In this document: in pieces, positions 8,493 to 16,649 of the stretch
Layout: each line of letters opens with the position of its first letter
Position numbering within the stretch: position 1 is the first letter of the stretch
From: a virus
Virus record (IMG/VR): IMGVR_UViG_3300044712_000982
Location: 21,373-85,372 of that record
Direction: 5' to 3' (one strand)
Length of the DNA stretch: 64,000 bases
Notes under the pieces: generated by a model
Seen by the model: the letters and a program-made list of their open reading frames with translations, nothing else
Databases searched by the model: none
Told to the model about the DNA's origin: nothing
Program-made: the position numbers and the translations under genes

Positions 8493-9868
8493 CCGCCACG
8501 ATCCAGCCACAGACGGTTCCGGGCGAGGCTGAGCGGTGGGAGTCGCAACGCTACGACCTTGCCGCCGAGCGGGCAATCCTCGGCTGCCTCATGCTCAACC
8601 CCACCACCATCGCCGAAGCTGAGGCAAAACTCGCCAAGGACGCGTTCTACCGGCCGATCCACGGCAAAATCTTCGAAGCCGTCGCCGAACTCGCAGCCGA
8701 AGGCAAACCAACCGACGCGATTGCGGTAGCCGCCCGGCTCGCAGACCGCGGCTACCTCGGCGAGGTCGGAGGCGGCCCGTACCTGTGCGAACTCATGGAA
8801 TCCGTGCCGCTCGTCGCGAACATCGGCCACTACATCCGCATCGTCGCCGGGCTCCACCAACTACGGATACTCCGCTCAACCATCGACTACGCCTCCCAGC
8901 TCCTCTCAGCCGCCAGCCACGACGAAGCCGACCAGGTCACCCAGCAGATCCTCGACAGGATCGTGGACACCAACCGGGCCACAACCAGCGACGACGGACC
9001 AAAACCATGGTCCGAACTCGTCGGCCCGCTACTCGACGAGATCGAAGCCCGAGGTCAGCGCACCCCGGAAGAACAAGCCGAGCACGTCATCACAACCGGC
9101 TGGACCGACGTCGACCGGCAACTCTGCGGCGGCGGCAAACCAGGCCAACTCATCGTCATTGCCGGACGCCCTGGATCAGGAAAGTCGATCTCGGCCATGT
9201 GCTGGGCGCAGCACGCCGCCATGGACCAGGGCATACCCGCCGCCGTGTTCTCCCTCGAAATGGGCAAGACAGAACTCGGCTGCCGGCTCGCCGCAGCGGC
9301 CACCGGAGTGCCGCTACACAAGATCGACGCGGGCGACCTCGACGACCGCGACTGGGTGAAACTCGGTCGATGGGCTGGCGACACCAGCACGGCGCCGCTA
9401 TTTATCGACGACACCCCAACCATGACAGTGGCCGACATACGGGCTAGGTCGCGGAGACTCAAGCAGCAACACGGCATCCGCATGATCGTCGTCGACTATC
9501 TCCAGCTCGTCTCATCCGGCAGAGCCGAGAACCGTCAAGCCGCCGTTGCCGCGATGAGCCGCGGATTCAAACTCCTCGCGAAAGAACTCGAATGCGTCGT
9601 CATCCTCGTCGCGCAACTCAACCGCGGGCCAGAATCACGACAGGACAAACGCCCCGAGGTATCCGATCTCCGCGAGTCCGGAGCGATCGAGGCCGACGCC
9701 GACACGGTGATCCTCGTCCACGCCATGGACAGCAACGACAGCCCCCGAGCCGGCGAAGTCGACCTGATCATCGGCAAACAGCGTGGCGGGCCGACCGGCA
9801 CGCAAACTCTCGCAGACCAGCGGCATTTCACACGCTTTGTCTCGATGGCGCTGGAGGATGCGCCGTGA
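8489..9868 (+). CDS. dnaB: replicative DNA helicase
   Basis: AERAILG, AGRPGSGKS, FSLEM, VDYLQL, AQLNRGPE, SDLRESGAIEADAD. Confidence 0.96.
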   Translation: MTATIQPQTVPGEAERWESQRYDLAAERAILGCLMLNPTTIAEAEAKLAKDAFYRPIHGKIFEAVAELAAEGKPTDAIAVAARLADRGYLGEVGGGPYLCELMESVPLVANIGHYIRIVAGLHQLRILRSTIDYASQLLSAASHDEADQVTQQILDRIVDTNRATTSDDGPKPWSELVGPLLDEIEARGQRTPEEQAEHVITTGWTDVDRQLCGGGKPGQLIVIAGRPGSGKSISAMCWAQHAAMDQGIPAAVFSLEMGKTELGCRLAAAATGVPLHKIDAGDLDDRDWVKLGRWAGDTSTAPLFIDDTPTMTVADIRARSRRLKQQHGIRMIVVDYLQLVSSGRAENRQAAVAAMSRGFKLLAKELECVVILVAQLNRGPESRQDKRPEVSDLRESGAIEADADTVILVHAMDSNDSPRAGEVDLIIGKQRGGPTGTQTLADQRHFTRFVSMALEDAP

Positions 9869-10023
9869 CCACGTCAGATCAGCGCCGCAAGGAGATACCG
9901 CGCGGGTCATTTCCGGACCGGCGACCAGTCAACGGCCACTATCCCGACTGCCCATACGGCCACCTCGGCGGGAACCCGGATACCTGCGGAATCTGCCAAG
10001 CCATCACCAAGGGGAAAACGTGA
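9865..10023 (+). CDS. small hypothetical protein
   Basis: GTGA-coupled at both ends, H/C motif. Confidence 0.4.
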   Translation: MTTSDQRRKEIPRGSFPDRRPVNGHYPDCPYGHLGGNPDTCGICQAITKGKT

Positions 10024-10343
10024 ACTGGTTTCCGACTGCCGCCGAGGTCGAGGCAGACCGGCGCGCGGCATCCCCAACCCCGTGCACCAGCGGCGGAGCC
10101 CCAACGAACTTCGCCGAGAAATGGCGCTACCTGCCCGGCGGAACCGTCGTCCACGCAGTCGGCCCCGACCACCGCCACGCCACCGGACTCAACGCCGACG
10201 CCGAATGCGGCTACGGCCCGTGGGACCCGTGCGACTGGCGCGGCACCGGCTCGCAGTCCGAATACGAAACCGCCGACCGGCTCCCACCCTGCACGCGATG
10301 CCTGCGCGCCATGGGCCTCAACCCCGCCGCCTACCGCAACTGA
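10020..10343 (+). CDS. hypothetical protein
   Basis: Coupled ORF with host-like codon usage. Confidence 0.5.
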   Translation: MNWFPTAAEVEADRRAASPTPCTSGGAPTNFAEKWRYLPGGTVVHAVGPDHRHATGLNADAECGYGPWDPCDWRGTGSQSEYETADRLPPCTRCLRAMGLNPAAYRN

Positions 10344-10364
10344 CCCACGCAAAGGAGACACCCA

Positions 10365-11162
10365 GTGAGCCCGCCCACCGTTATCCCGATCCCAGACATC
10401 AAGATCGGGGGCCGATACCGTCGCTACGGCAACATCACGCCGCTCGCCGCCGACGTGCGCCGTAACGGCATCCGGCACCCGATCATCGTCACCAGCAGTG
10501 GACAGCTAGTGGACGGCTGGCGCCGCATTCAAGCCGCAACCCGTTGCGCCGCAACGGAAATCATCACGATCGAGTCGGACAGCATCCCCGAGATCGCAGA
10601 CATCATGGCAGGGATGCCTGCTGGCGAGCAGTGCCGGTTCAGTGACCTGATGCGCCACATCGACCTGATCTTCGAGTTGGATGCGAACGACGCGGAACGT
10701 CGCAGGATCGCCAACTCATCGTCGGCGGGACGTGGCGAACGGCGTGGCGGGAACGTCGGCGGGGCGCGGGGGTGCGCGTGCCGGATGCTGCGGATCTCGT
10801 TTCCGACATATGGGCGTGCCCGCTACCTGTGGGCGCGAGCTAGCAACAACCAGCAACTCGTCGCCGATCTCGATGCCGGCAAGATCAGCGTCAACCGGGC
10901 CTACGACATTGTCCGCGCGGCTGATCTTGCCGCGCGTCAATCGGCGACGGCCACAGATCGGCCGGACATGGCATCCCAACTCGGGGCGGTCAAAATGATC
11001 GCGGCCCAATGTGAGGGCATCGCCCACGGCATCCGCAGCCTCGGGATGATCTCCGAATCACCAGAGGACGCTGACCGGCTCACCCGACGCCTGAAGGCGA
11101 GCCGGTCAGCCATCACCAAGTTGATCAACCAACTCAACCGGAAGGAAACCAACCATGCCTAG
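10365..11162 (+). CDS. ParB/Srx N-terminal-domain protein with HTH
   Basis: LAADVRRNGIRHPIIV...LVDGWRRIQA; GKISVNRAY. Confidence 0.75.
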   Translation: MSPPTVIPIPDIKIGGRYRRYGNITPLAADVRRNGIRHPIIVTSSGQLVDGWRRIQAATRCAATEIITIESDSIPEIADIMAGMPAGEQCRFSDLMRHIDLIFELDANDAERRRIANSSSAGRGERRGGNVGGARGCACRMLRISFPTYGRARYLWARASNNQQLVADLDAGKISVNRAYDIVRAADLAARQSATATDRPDMASQLGAVKMIAAQCEGIAHGIRSLGMISESPEDADRLTRRLKASRSAITKLINQLNRKETNHA

Positions 11163-11922
11163 TGTGGAGCAAATCCCAGCCAACCGCCTCAAGGTCCCCA
11201 CGAAAATCCAGCGGCGACTCGACGTCAAGCGCGTCGAAAAGATGCTGGAAGAGTTCGACCTCGACGCCGTCGGCGCACTCACCGTGTCGCGCCGCGGCGG
11301 GGACCTCCTGGTCGTCGACGGTCAACACCGGGCCGAGGCGCTCCGGAAATCCGGCAACGGATCGACCCCCGTCCAGTGCATCGTCTACGACGGGCTCACC
11401 GAGCAGGATGAGGCGAAACTGTTTCGCCTCGCCAACAACACGAAGCGACTCGGCCCGATCGACCTGTTCAAGGCCCGCGTGATCGAAGGTGACACCACCG
11501 CATGTGACATCGACAAGATTCTGAAGGCTCGAGGCTGGAGGGTCGGATTCGGCGGCGACGGCGGATCATTCGGGGCGATCGCGGCCTTCGAGCGGATCTA
11601 CCAGGTCGACCGGAGCGTCGCCGTCAACACGATCAACGTCCTGACCGCCGCGTTCGGCATGACTCCGGCCGGAGTCAACGGCGCCATCATTACCGGCGTC
11701 GGCAACGTCATCGCCCACTACGGTGAGCAGCTCAACATCAACTCCCTGGCCACACGGCTCGGCCGAATCGATCCGGTCGAACTGCGGGCATCGGCGCAGA
11801 CCCTTTCGAGGTCGCGAGTCCGGAGGGTAAGCATTTCGAGCGCACTGTCCGGGCTCGTAGTCGAGGAGTACAACGCCAAGCCGAGATCCGAATCCACGCG
11901 ACTGCCCGACTGGCGCTACTAG
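11155..11922 (+). CDS. second ParB/Srx-like protein
   Basis: IQRRLD...GALTVSRR...VVDGQHRAEAL...EAKLF. Confidence 0.7.
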   Translation: MPSVEQIPANRLKVPTKIQRRLDVKRVEKMLEEFDLDAVGALTVSRRGGDLLVVDGQHRAEALRKSGNGSTPVQCIVYDGLTEQDEAKLFRLANNTKRLGPIDLFKARVIEGDTTACDIDKILKARGWRVGFGGDGGSFGAIAAFERIYQVDRSVAVNTINVLTAAFGMTPAGVNGAIITGVGNVIAHYGEQLNINSLATRLGRIDPVELRASAQTLSRSRVRRVSISSALSGLVVEEYNAKPRSESTRLPDWRY

Positions 11923-12069
11923 CAACCACCATCCGAGCGACGTCGAGCCGGAGTCGCTTCCTGGGGACCCTGAAACATCAGTACCCACACCAACCCACCA
12001 ACAACCCCCGTGCGCCCGCCAGGGACGCCCTCAGCAGGCGCACGGGGCCGACGTGAAGGAGCACGACCC

Positions 12070-12351
12070 ATGCCAGACACCAACGACGACGCCCGCCGAG
12101 CCGCACGATCCCGACTCACCGCCGCCCAACGCGAATACGACGCCGCCATCAACGCCGTCCTCGCCGCCAACCACGGACCCGGACCCAACGCGGCACGCGA
12201 CGCGCGACGCGCCGCACGAGCCGCGAAAACACCCGGGGTTGCAGGGAAGGCTGCGGGAGTGGTCGTGGGAGGAGCGATGCTCGTGCTGTTCACCCTCGCC
12301 GTAGCGTTCGGCGCCGGGTGGAACGCAACGAAGGCGGTGTGGGGCGAGTGA
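12070..12351 (+). CDS. small protein with C-terminal TM helix
   Basis: GVVVGGAMLVLFTLAVAFGAGW. Confidence 0.5.
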   Translation: MPDTNDDARRAARSRLTAAQREYDAAINAVLAANHGPGPNAARDARRAARAAKTPGVAGKAAGVVVGGAMLVLFTLAVAFGAGWNATKAVWGE

Positions 12352-12425
12352 CGTCCTCCAAGGGCCCGATCACCGACGCCGAGCGCAAGGAAATCCTCGA
12401 CCTCCACAAGTAGGGCCTCAGTGTC

Positions 12426-12662
12426 ATGCAAATCGGAATGCGGATATCCAACCCGCGTGGCCGCTCAGCGATAAGTCGAGCCGGCTACGAGCCGATAGTG
12501 AAAAACCAATCCGCAGTCGAACAGCGATTTTCGCCAGAACGGCTCGACGCGATAGCGGCAGCGATCGAATCGCGTGAACTAAACATCACCCGCGCGGCGG
12601 CCGAGTTGCAAATGTCGCGGGGCGCAGTGCATCGGTGGCTGAAACGGCGGGGGCAGACGTGA
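12426..12662 (+). CDS. small HTH protein
   Basis: LNITRAAAELQMSRGAVHRWLK. Confidence 0.65.
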   Translation: MQIGMRISNPRGRSAISRAGYEPIVKNQSAVEQRFSPERLDAIAAAIESRELNITRAAAELQMSRGAVHRWLKRRGQT

Positions 12663-12892
12663 GTCGGGTCGTCTGTCGATATCCTGGCTGCTCAGCCGTG
12701 CTGACAGACCCGATCAGCGTCGCCCGCGGATGGGGCCCGAAACACGATCCCGACCAGGCTGCGCGACGAGCACTGAAACCGCCAGCCGTGCGGCGCCCGA
12801 GAATGCCCGACACGCCAAGGAAAGGTGACGTCGACGGGCAAGACGATTTACTAGAACTACTACGAGAAGAAGGGCACGGAAATGCAGATTGA
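12659..12892 (+). CDS. small Zn-binding phage protein (DUF6011-like)
   Basis: C..C..LTDPISVARGWGP. Confidence 0.55.
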   Translation: MSRVVCRYPGCSAVLTDPISVARGWGPKHDPDQAARRALKPPAVRRPRMPDTPRKGDVDGQDDLLELLREEGHGNAD

Positions 12893-13106
12893 ATGGCGAA
12901 GATCGACGAAATACAAGGAAGCGCACTGCGTCGAGATCGGCGCCATCGGGCGGCGCAGCACCAAATGTGAGTCGCACCATTGCGTGGCCGTCGACAGGCC
13001 CGCAGTCGACCAGGTTCACATGCGCGACTCGAAAAACCCGGACGGGCCGGTGCTGACGTTCGGCGCCGGGGCGTGGCGGGTGTTCCTGGCCGGACTGAAG
13101 CGCTGA
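12882..13106 (+). CDS. DUF397 (BldB-like) protein with duplicated N-terminal motif
   Basis: WRRSTK..HCVE, repeated as RRSTK..HCVA; then RDSKNPDGPVLTF..AW..FL. Confidence 0.85.
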   Translation: MQIEWRRSTKYKEAHCVEIGAIGRRSTKCESHHCVAVDRPAVDQVHMRDSKNPDGPVLTFGAGAWRVFLAGLKR

Positions 13107-13214
13107 CGGCGACTGGCCCCCTCCCAGCCGATTCACGGCCGCGTGACCTGCGCAAACGATGATCGTCGCGCTACCATCTGCACCAGTCGCACAACCCGGA
13201 AACTGGGGGCATAG

Positions 13215-13925
13215 ATGGGCATAAACGGGCGGCCGCTCTGCGCAACCAAATGCGCCATCCCCCGCCGCCACACCGACGGCTGCAACAACAACCAATGCCG
13301 CGGCTGCCTCCCCGCACCCGCAGCCGACGGACTCAACCTCTGCCAACACCACGCCGACCGCATCCCCACCGACGCACGCAAAGCCGCCGACCTCCACGAC
13401 GCCATCCTCGACCGCATCACCAGCGGCAGCCACGAAGAGCACGAGCGGACGTCCGGGGGCGAGAAAGGGGTCGGCCTATCGCTAGACCCCGCCGCGGTCG
13501 ACGCCCGCGACAACATCCGGGCCGTGCTCGTCGGCTGGTGCCGACTCATCGCCGAGGAGCGCGGATTCGCCCTACCGGCCAATGATGTGACCGCGATGGG
13601 CGCCTACGTCGCCCGCTCCGGACAGTGGCTCGCCGCACACCCAGCCGCAGCCGATGCATCAGCCGAACTCGCCGAACTCGTGTCCCGCGCGCACCCGATC
13701 GCCTACCCGTCCGGCGTCCGAACCATCGAAATCGGGCCATGCCCGCACGACGGATGCGACGGCACCGTCAAAGCCCGGATGCGCGCCGCCGACAGCATGT
13801 TGCCGTCCGAGCTGGCGTGCAGCGCCGAGGAAGAGCACGTGTGGCCCGCCTACGAATGGCGGAGGTTCGGCCAGATGGTCGCAGGCAGAAGCGGATACCA
13901 GCAGGTGCCGCAGAAAGCCGCGTAA
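13215..13925 (+). CDS. conserved-type actinophage Zn protein preceding the late genes
   Basis: N-terminal C/H cluster, GPCP..CDG..C near C terminus. Confidence 0.6.
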   Translation: MGINGRPLCATKCAIPRRHTDGCNNNQCRGCLPAPAADGLNLCQHHADRIPTDARKAADLHDAILDRITSGSHEEHERTSGGEKGVGLSLDPAAVDARDNIRAVLVGWCRLIAEERGFALPANDVTAMGAYVARSGQWLAAHPAAADASAELAELVSRAHPIAYPSGVRTIEIGPCPHDGCDGTVKARMRAADSMLPSELACSAEEEHVWPAYEWRRFGQMVAGRSGYQQVPQKAA

Positions 13926-13935
13926 AGGGGGCGCC

Positions 13936-14142
13936 GTGGTCACCTACATGACAGTCCAAGCGGTGATATCCATCTACTGCGTCAGGAAATCCTACGTCTA
14001 CCGCATGGCCAGCGAGCACCACTGGCGACGATATCGGCACCCCGACGGTGGCGTCAGATACCGATGGGAAGACGTCGACGACACGCTGAGCGGCGGCGCT
14101 GCTGGACGGCACGACCGGGCATCAGGTAAAGTCCGAGACTAA
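13936..14142 (+). CDS. small excisionase/MerR-like HTH protein
   Basis: YVYRMASEHHWRRY...VRYRWEDV. Confidence 0.45.
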   Translation: MVTYMTVQAVISIYCVRKSYVYRMASEHHWRRYRHPDGGVRYRWEDVDDTLSGGAAGRHDRASGKVRD

Positions 14143-14278
14143 TCCTGGGCGATGTGTCCCCAGGGACGACGGCCCGGCTCAATGAGCGCGGGCCTTTCAC
14201 ATACTCCGGTCCGCGACCCCACTGCGGACCGGCCATACCGGCAGGCGACGGCCGGGTGAGGGATGGTGAGAGGGGCCG

Positions 14279-14512
14279 GTGAGGGAGATTCGCCGACCCC
14301 TCGCCCTCGCAACCACCACAGCGATCGGGGCGGCAATCCTCACGGCCGGCATCGCCAGCATCGGTGAGCCGGTCGACATGCCACACTCGGCAGCGATGAT
14401 CGGCGCACTCGGGATCCTGTGGGGCGCACAACTCCTGATATGGCCCGGACGCAAACGAGGAGGCAACATGAACGCCTCCAATAACCACATGCGCAACGCC
14501 AATGGCAGTTGA
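14279..14512 (+). CDS. small two-TM membrane protein
   Basis: Two hydrophobic segments. Confidence 0.5.
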   Translation: MREIRRPLALATTTAIGAAILTAGIASIGEPVDMPHSAAMIGALGILWGAQLLIWPGRKRGGNMNASNNHMRNANGS

Positions 14513-15134
14513 CCGCAGGCACGGCTGCGATAAATGCGGCCAGCCACACCCGAAATGCTCGGCTCACCGAAAAAGCGACGGACAGCCGTGCGGACGTCAA
14601 CCAATGCGCGGCTTGAACGTATGCCGGCAGTGCGGCGGCGGTGCGATCCAGGCCAGGAACGCGGCGAAAGCACGGCTTACCGAAGCCGCTGCGGCGAAGG
14701 CAATGGACACATACGGACTCCCGGTCGAGGTCAATCCGGTTGATGCGCTTCTCGCCGAGGTTCACCGCACGGCCGGGCATGTGGCTTGGCTCGGGCAGCG
14801 GATCAAGGCGCTGCAAGAATCCGAATTGGTATGGGGCAAGACGGAGCAGGTCAGTAAGACCGCGACCGAATTTCCCGGTACCGATACGACTGAGGGCGCG
14901 GTGCCGAATGCGCTCCTCAAGTTGTATCAGCAGGAACGTGCACACTTGGTCGGGGTGTGTAAGACGGCGATTGCCGCTGGCTTGGATGAGCGGCGGGTGC
15001 GGCTGGCCGAGTCGCAAGGGGCGATGATCGCGCAGGTGATCCGCGCAATCCTCGGCGACCTTGACCTGTCGGCGCAGCAGCAGTCGATGGTTGCCGAGGT
15101 CGTGCCGCGGCATTTGCGGATGCTCGCGGCCTGA
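14502..15134 (+). CDS. terS: terminase small subunit
   Basis: CSAHRKSDGQPC..CRQCGG-type N terminus, LDERRVRLAE; immediately upstream of TerL. Confidence 0.7.
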   Translation: MAVDRRHGCDKCGQPHPKCSAHRKSDGQPCGRQPMRGLNVCRQCGGGAIQARNAAKARLTEAAAAKAMDTYGLPVEVNPVDALLAEVHRTAGHVAWLGQRIKALQESELVWGKTEQVSKTATEFPGTDTTEGAVPNALLKLYQQERAHLVGVCKTAIAAGLDERRVRLAESQGAMIAQVIRAILGDLDLSAQQQSMVAEVVPRHLRMLAA

Positions 15135-15148
15135 TCGGTGGTGGTGGC

Positions 15149-16639
15149 GTGACTGCGGTCCTGTCGCCGTGGGAGGCTGCGGCGCGACTGTTCGAGCCGA
15201 GGCGTCCGGTGGAGCCGTGCTCGTGGCCGTCGCCCGGTGCAATGGCGTGTGATCTTGACGCTCGGACGGTGCAGACTGCTGCGCTGAATCTGATTGATGA
15301 TGCGCTTGTCGATGTCGCTAACGGCGAGTGTTTGCGGCTGATGATTTCGATGAGTCCTCAAGAGGGCAAGTCTGAGAGGACGTCTCGGCGTTTTCCCTTG
15401 TGGGCGTTGCGCCGTAATCCGAATTTGCGGATCGCGATTGTTTCGTATGCTCATGGTGTCGCGCGGCGTTGGGGTCAGTTCATCCGCGACGACATCGTTA
15501 ACCACGGCGACAAGCTTGGTTTGGCTGTTGATCCGTCGTCGTCTGCGGCGCATGAGTGGAAGCTCGACGGGTACGACGGCGGGGTCTATTGTGTCGGAAT
15601 CAAAGGTTCGCTGACATCACGTGCCGTCGATCTGCTCATTATTGATGACCCATATAAGGATGGGGAACAGGCCGATTCGGCGGCCTGGCAGGAAACCGTC
15701 CGTGACTTCTGGACCGAAGTCGCAATTCCCCGGCTCGGGCCCGGTGTCGCCGTGGTCATCATTCAAACAAGATGGCGGCACGATGACCTGTCCGGCTGGC
15801 TGAAAGACCGCAACGACGGGGTTGCCTGGCGCGTCATCAACATCCCAGCCCAAGCCGACCATCGGCCCGAACTCGGCGAGGCCGACCCACTCGGCCGAGA
15901 GCCCGGCGAATACATGGCTTCCGCCCGCGGCCGGACCCCCGAACAATGGGAACAACGTCGCCGGGAGGTCGGCGAACGCTCTTGGAACGCGCTTTTTCAG
16001 GGGCGGCCAACGCCGGGCGAGGGAGGGCTGTTCCAGCGGTCCTGGTGGCGCCATTTCGACGCGATGCCGGCCTACCGGGCACCTGCGGGGACATGGCACG
16101 CCGACGCCGATCAGGTCATCCAATCATGGGACATGACATTCAAGGACACCAAAGGTTCCGACTACGTTGTCGGGCAGGTGTGGGCTCGCCGTGGCGCACA
16201 GGCGTGGCTCCTCGACCAGGTGCGCGACCGCATGGACTTCACCGCCACATGCAAAGCCGTCGAAGCGCTGTCGGCGAAATGGCCGCAGACGACGGCAAAA
16301 CTGGTCGAGGACAAGGCCAACGGCCCGGCCGTGATATCCCAGTTGCGCATGCATGTTCCGGGACTGATCGCCGTCGAGCCCGGAGGGTCGAAGTACGCCC
16401 GCGCGTCGGCTGTGGCGCCGCTGGTCGAGGCGGGAAACGTTTACATTCCGACGGCCGCGGTCGCGCCGTGGGTCGGATCTTTCGTTGAGGAGCTAGCCGG
16501 GTTCCCGGCGGCAAAGCATGACGATCAGGTCGATGCCGCGTCGCAGGCGCTGTCGAGGCTGATGCTCGGCGTTTCGGGTGTCGCATCGAGCGAGTGGCTG
16601 AATGCATACAAGAATGCATACAAGGATGCTGCTGGATGA
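15149..16639 (+). CDS. terL: terminase large subunit
   Basis: SPQEGKS, LLIIDDPYK, IQTRWRHDDL, SWDMTFK, EDKANG, HDDQVDA. Confidence 0.95.
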   Translation: MTAVLSPWEAAARLFEPRRPVEPCSWPSPGAMACDLDARTVQTAALNLIDDALVDVANGECLRLMISMSPQEGKSERTSRRFPLWALRRNPNLRIAIVSYAHGVARRWGQFIRDDIVNHGDKLGLAVDPSSSAAHEWKLDGYDGGVYCVGIKGSLTSRAVDLLIIDDPYKDGEQADSAAWQETVRDFWTEVAIPRLGPGVAVVIIQTRWRHDDLSGWLKDRNDGVAWRVINIPAQADHRPELGEADPLGREPGEYMASARGRTPEQWEQRRREVGERSWNALFQGRPTPGEGGLFQRSWWRHFDAMPAYRAPAGTWHADADQVIQSWDMTFKDTKGSDYVVGQVWARRGAQAWLLDQVRDRMDFTATCKAVEALSAKWPQTTAKLVEDKANGPAVISQLRMHVPGLIAVEPGGSKYARASAVAPLVEAGNVYIPTAAVAPWVGSFVEELAGFPAAKHDDQVDAASQALSRLMLGVSGVASSEWLNAYKNAYKDAAG

Positions 16640-16649
16640 CGGGGGGTGA

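Noticed and set aside
11155-11922. DGQHR motif as DndB of a phosphorothioation system
   Set aside because: No dndA/C/D/E or ssp genes; the motif is general to ParB/Srx-like folds
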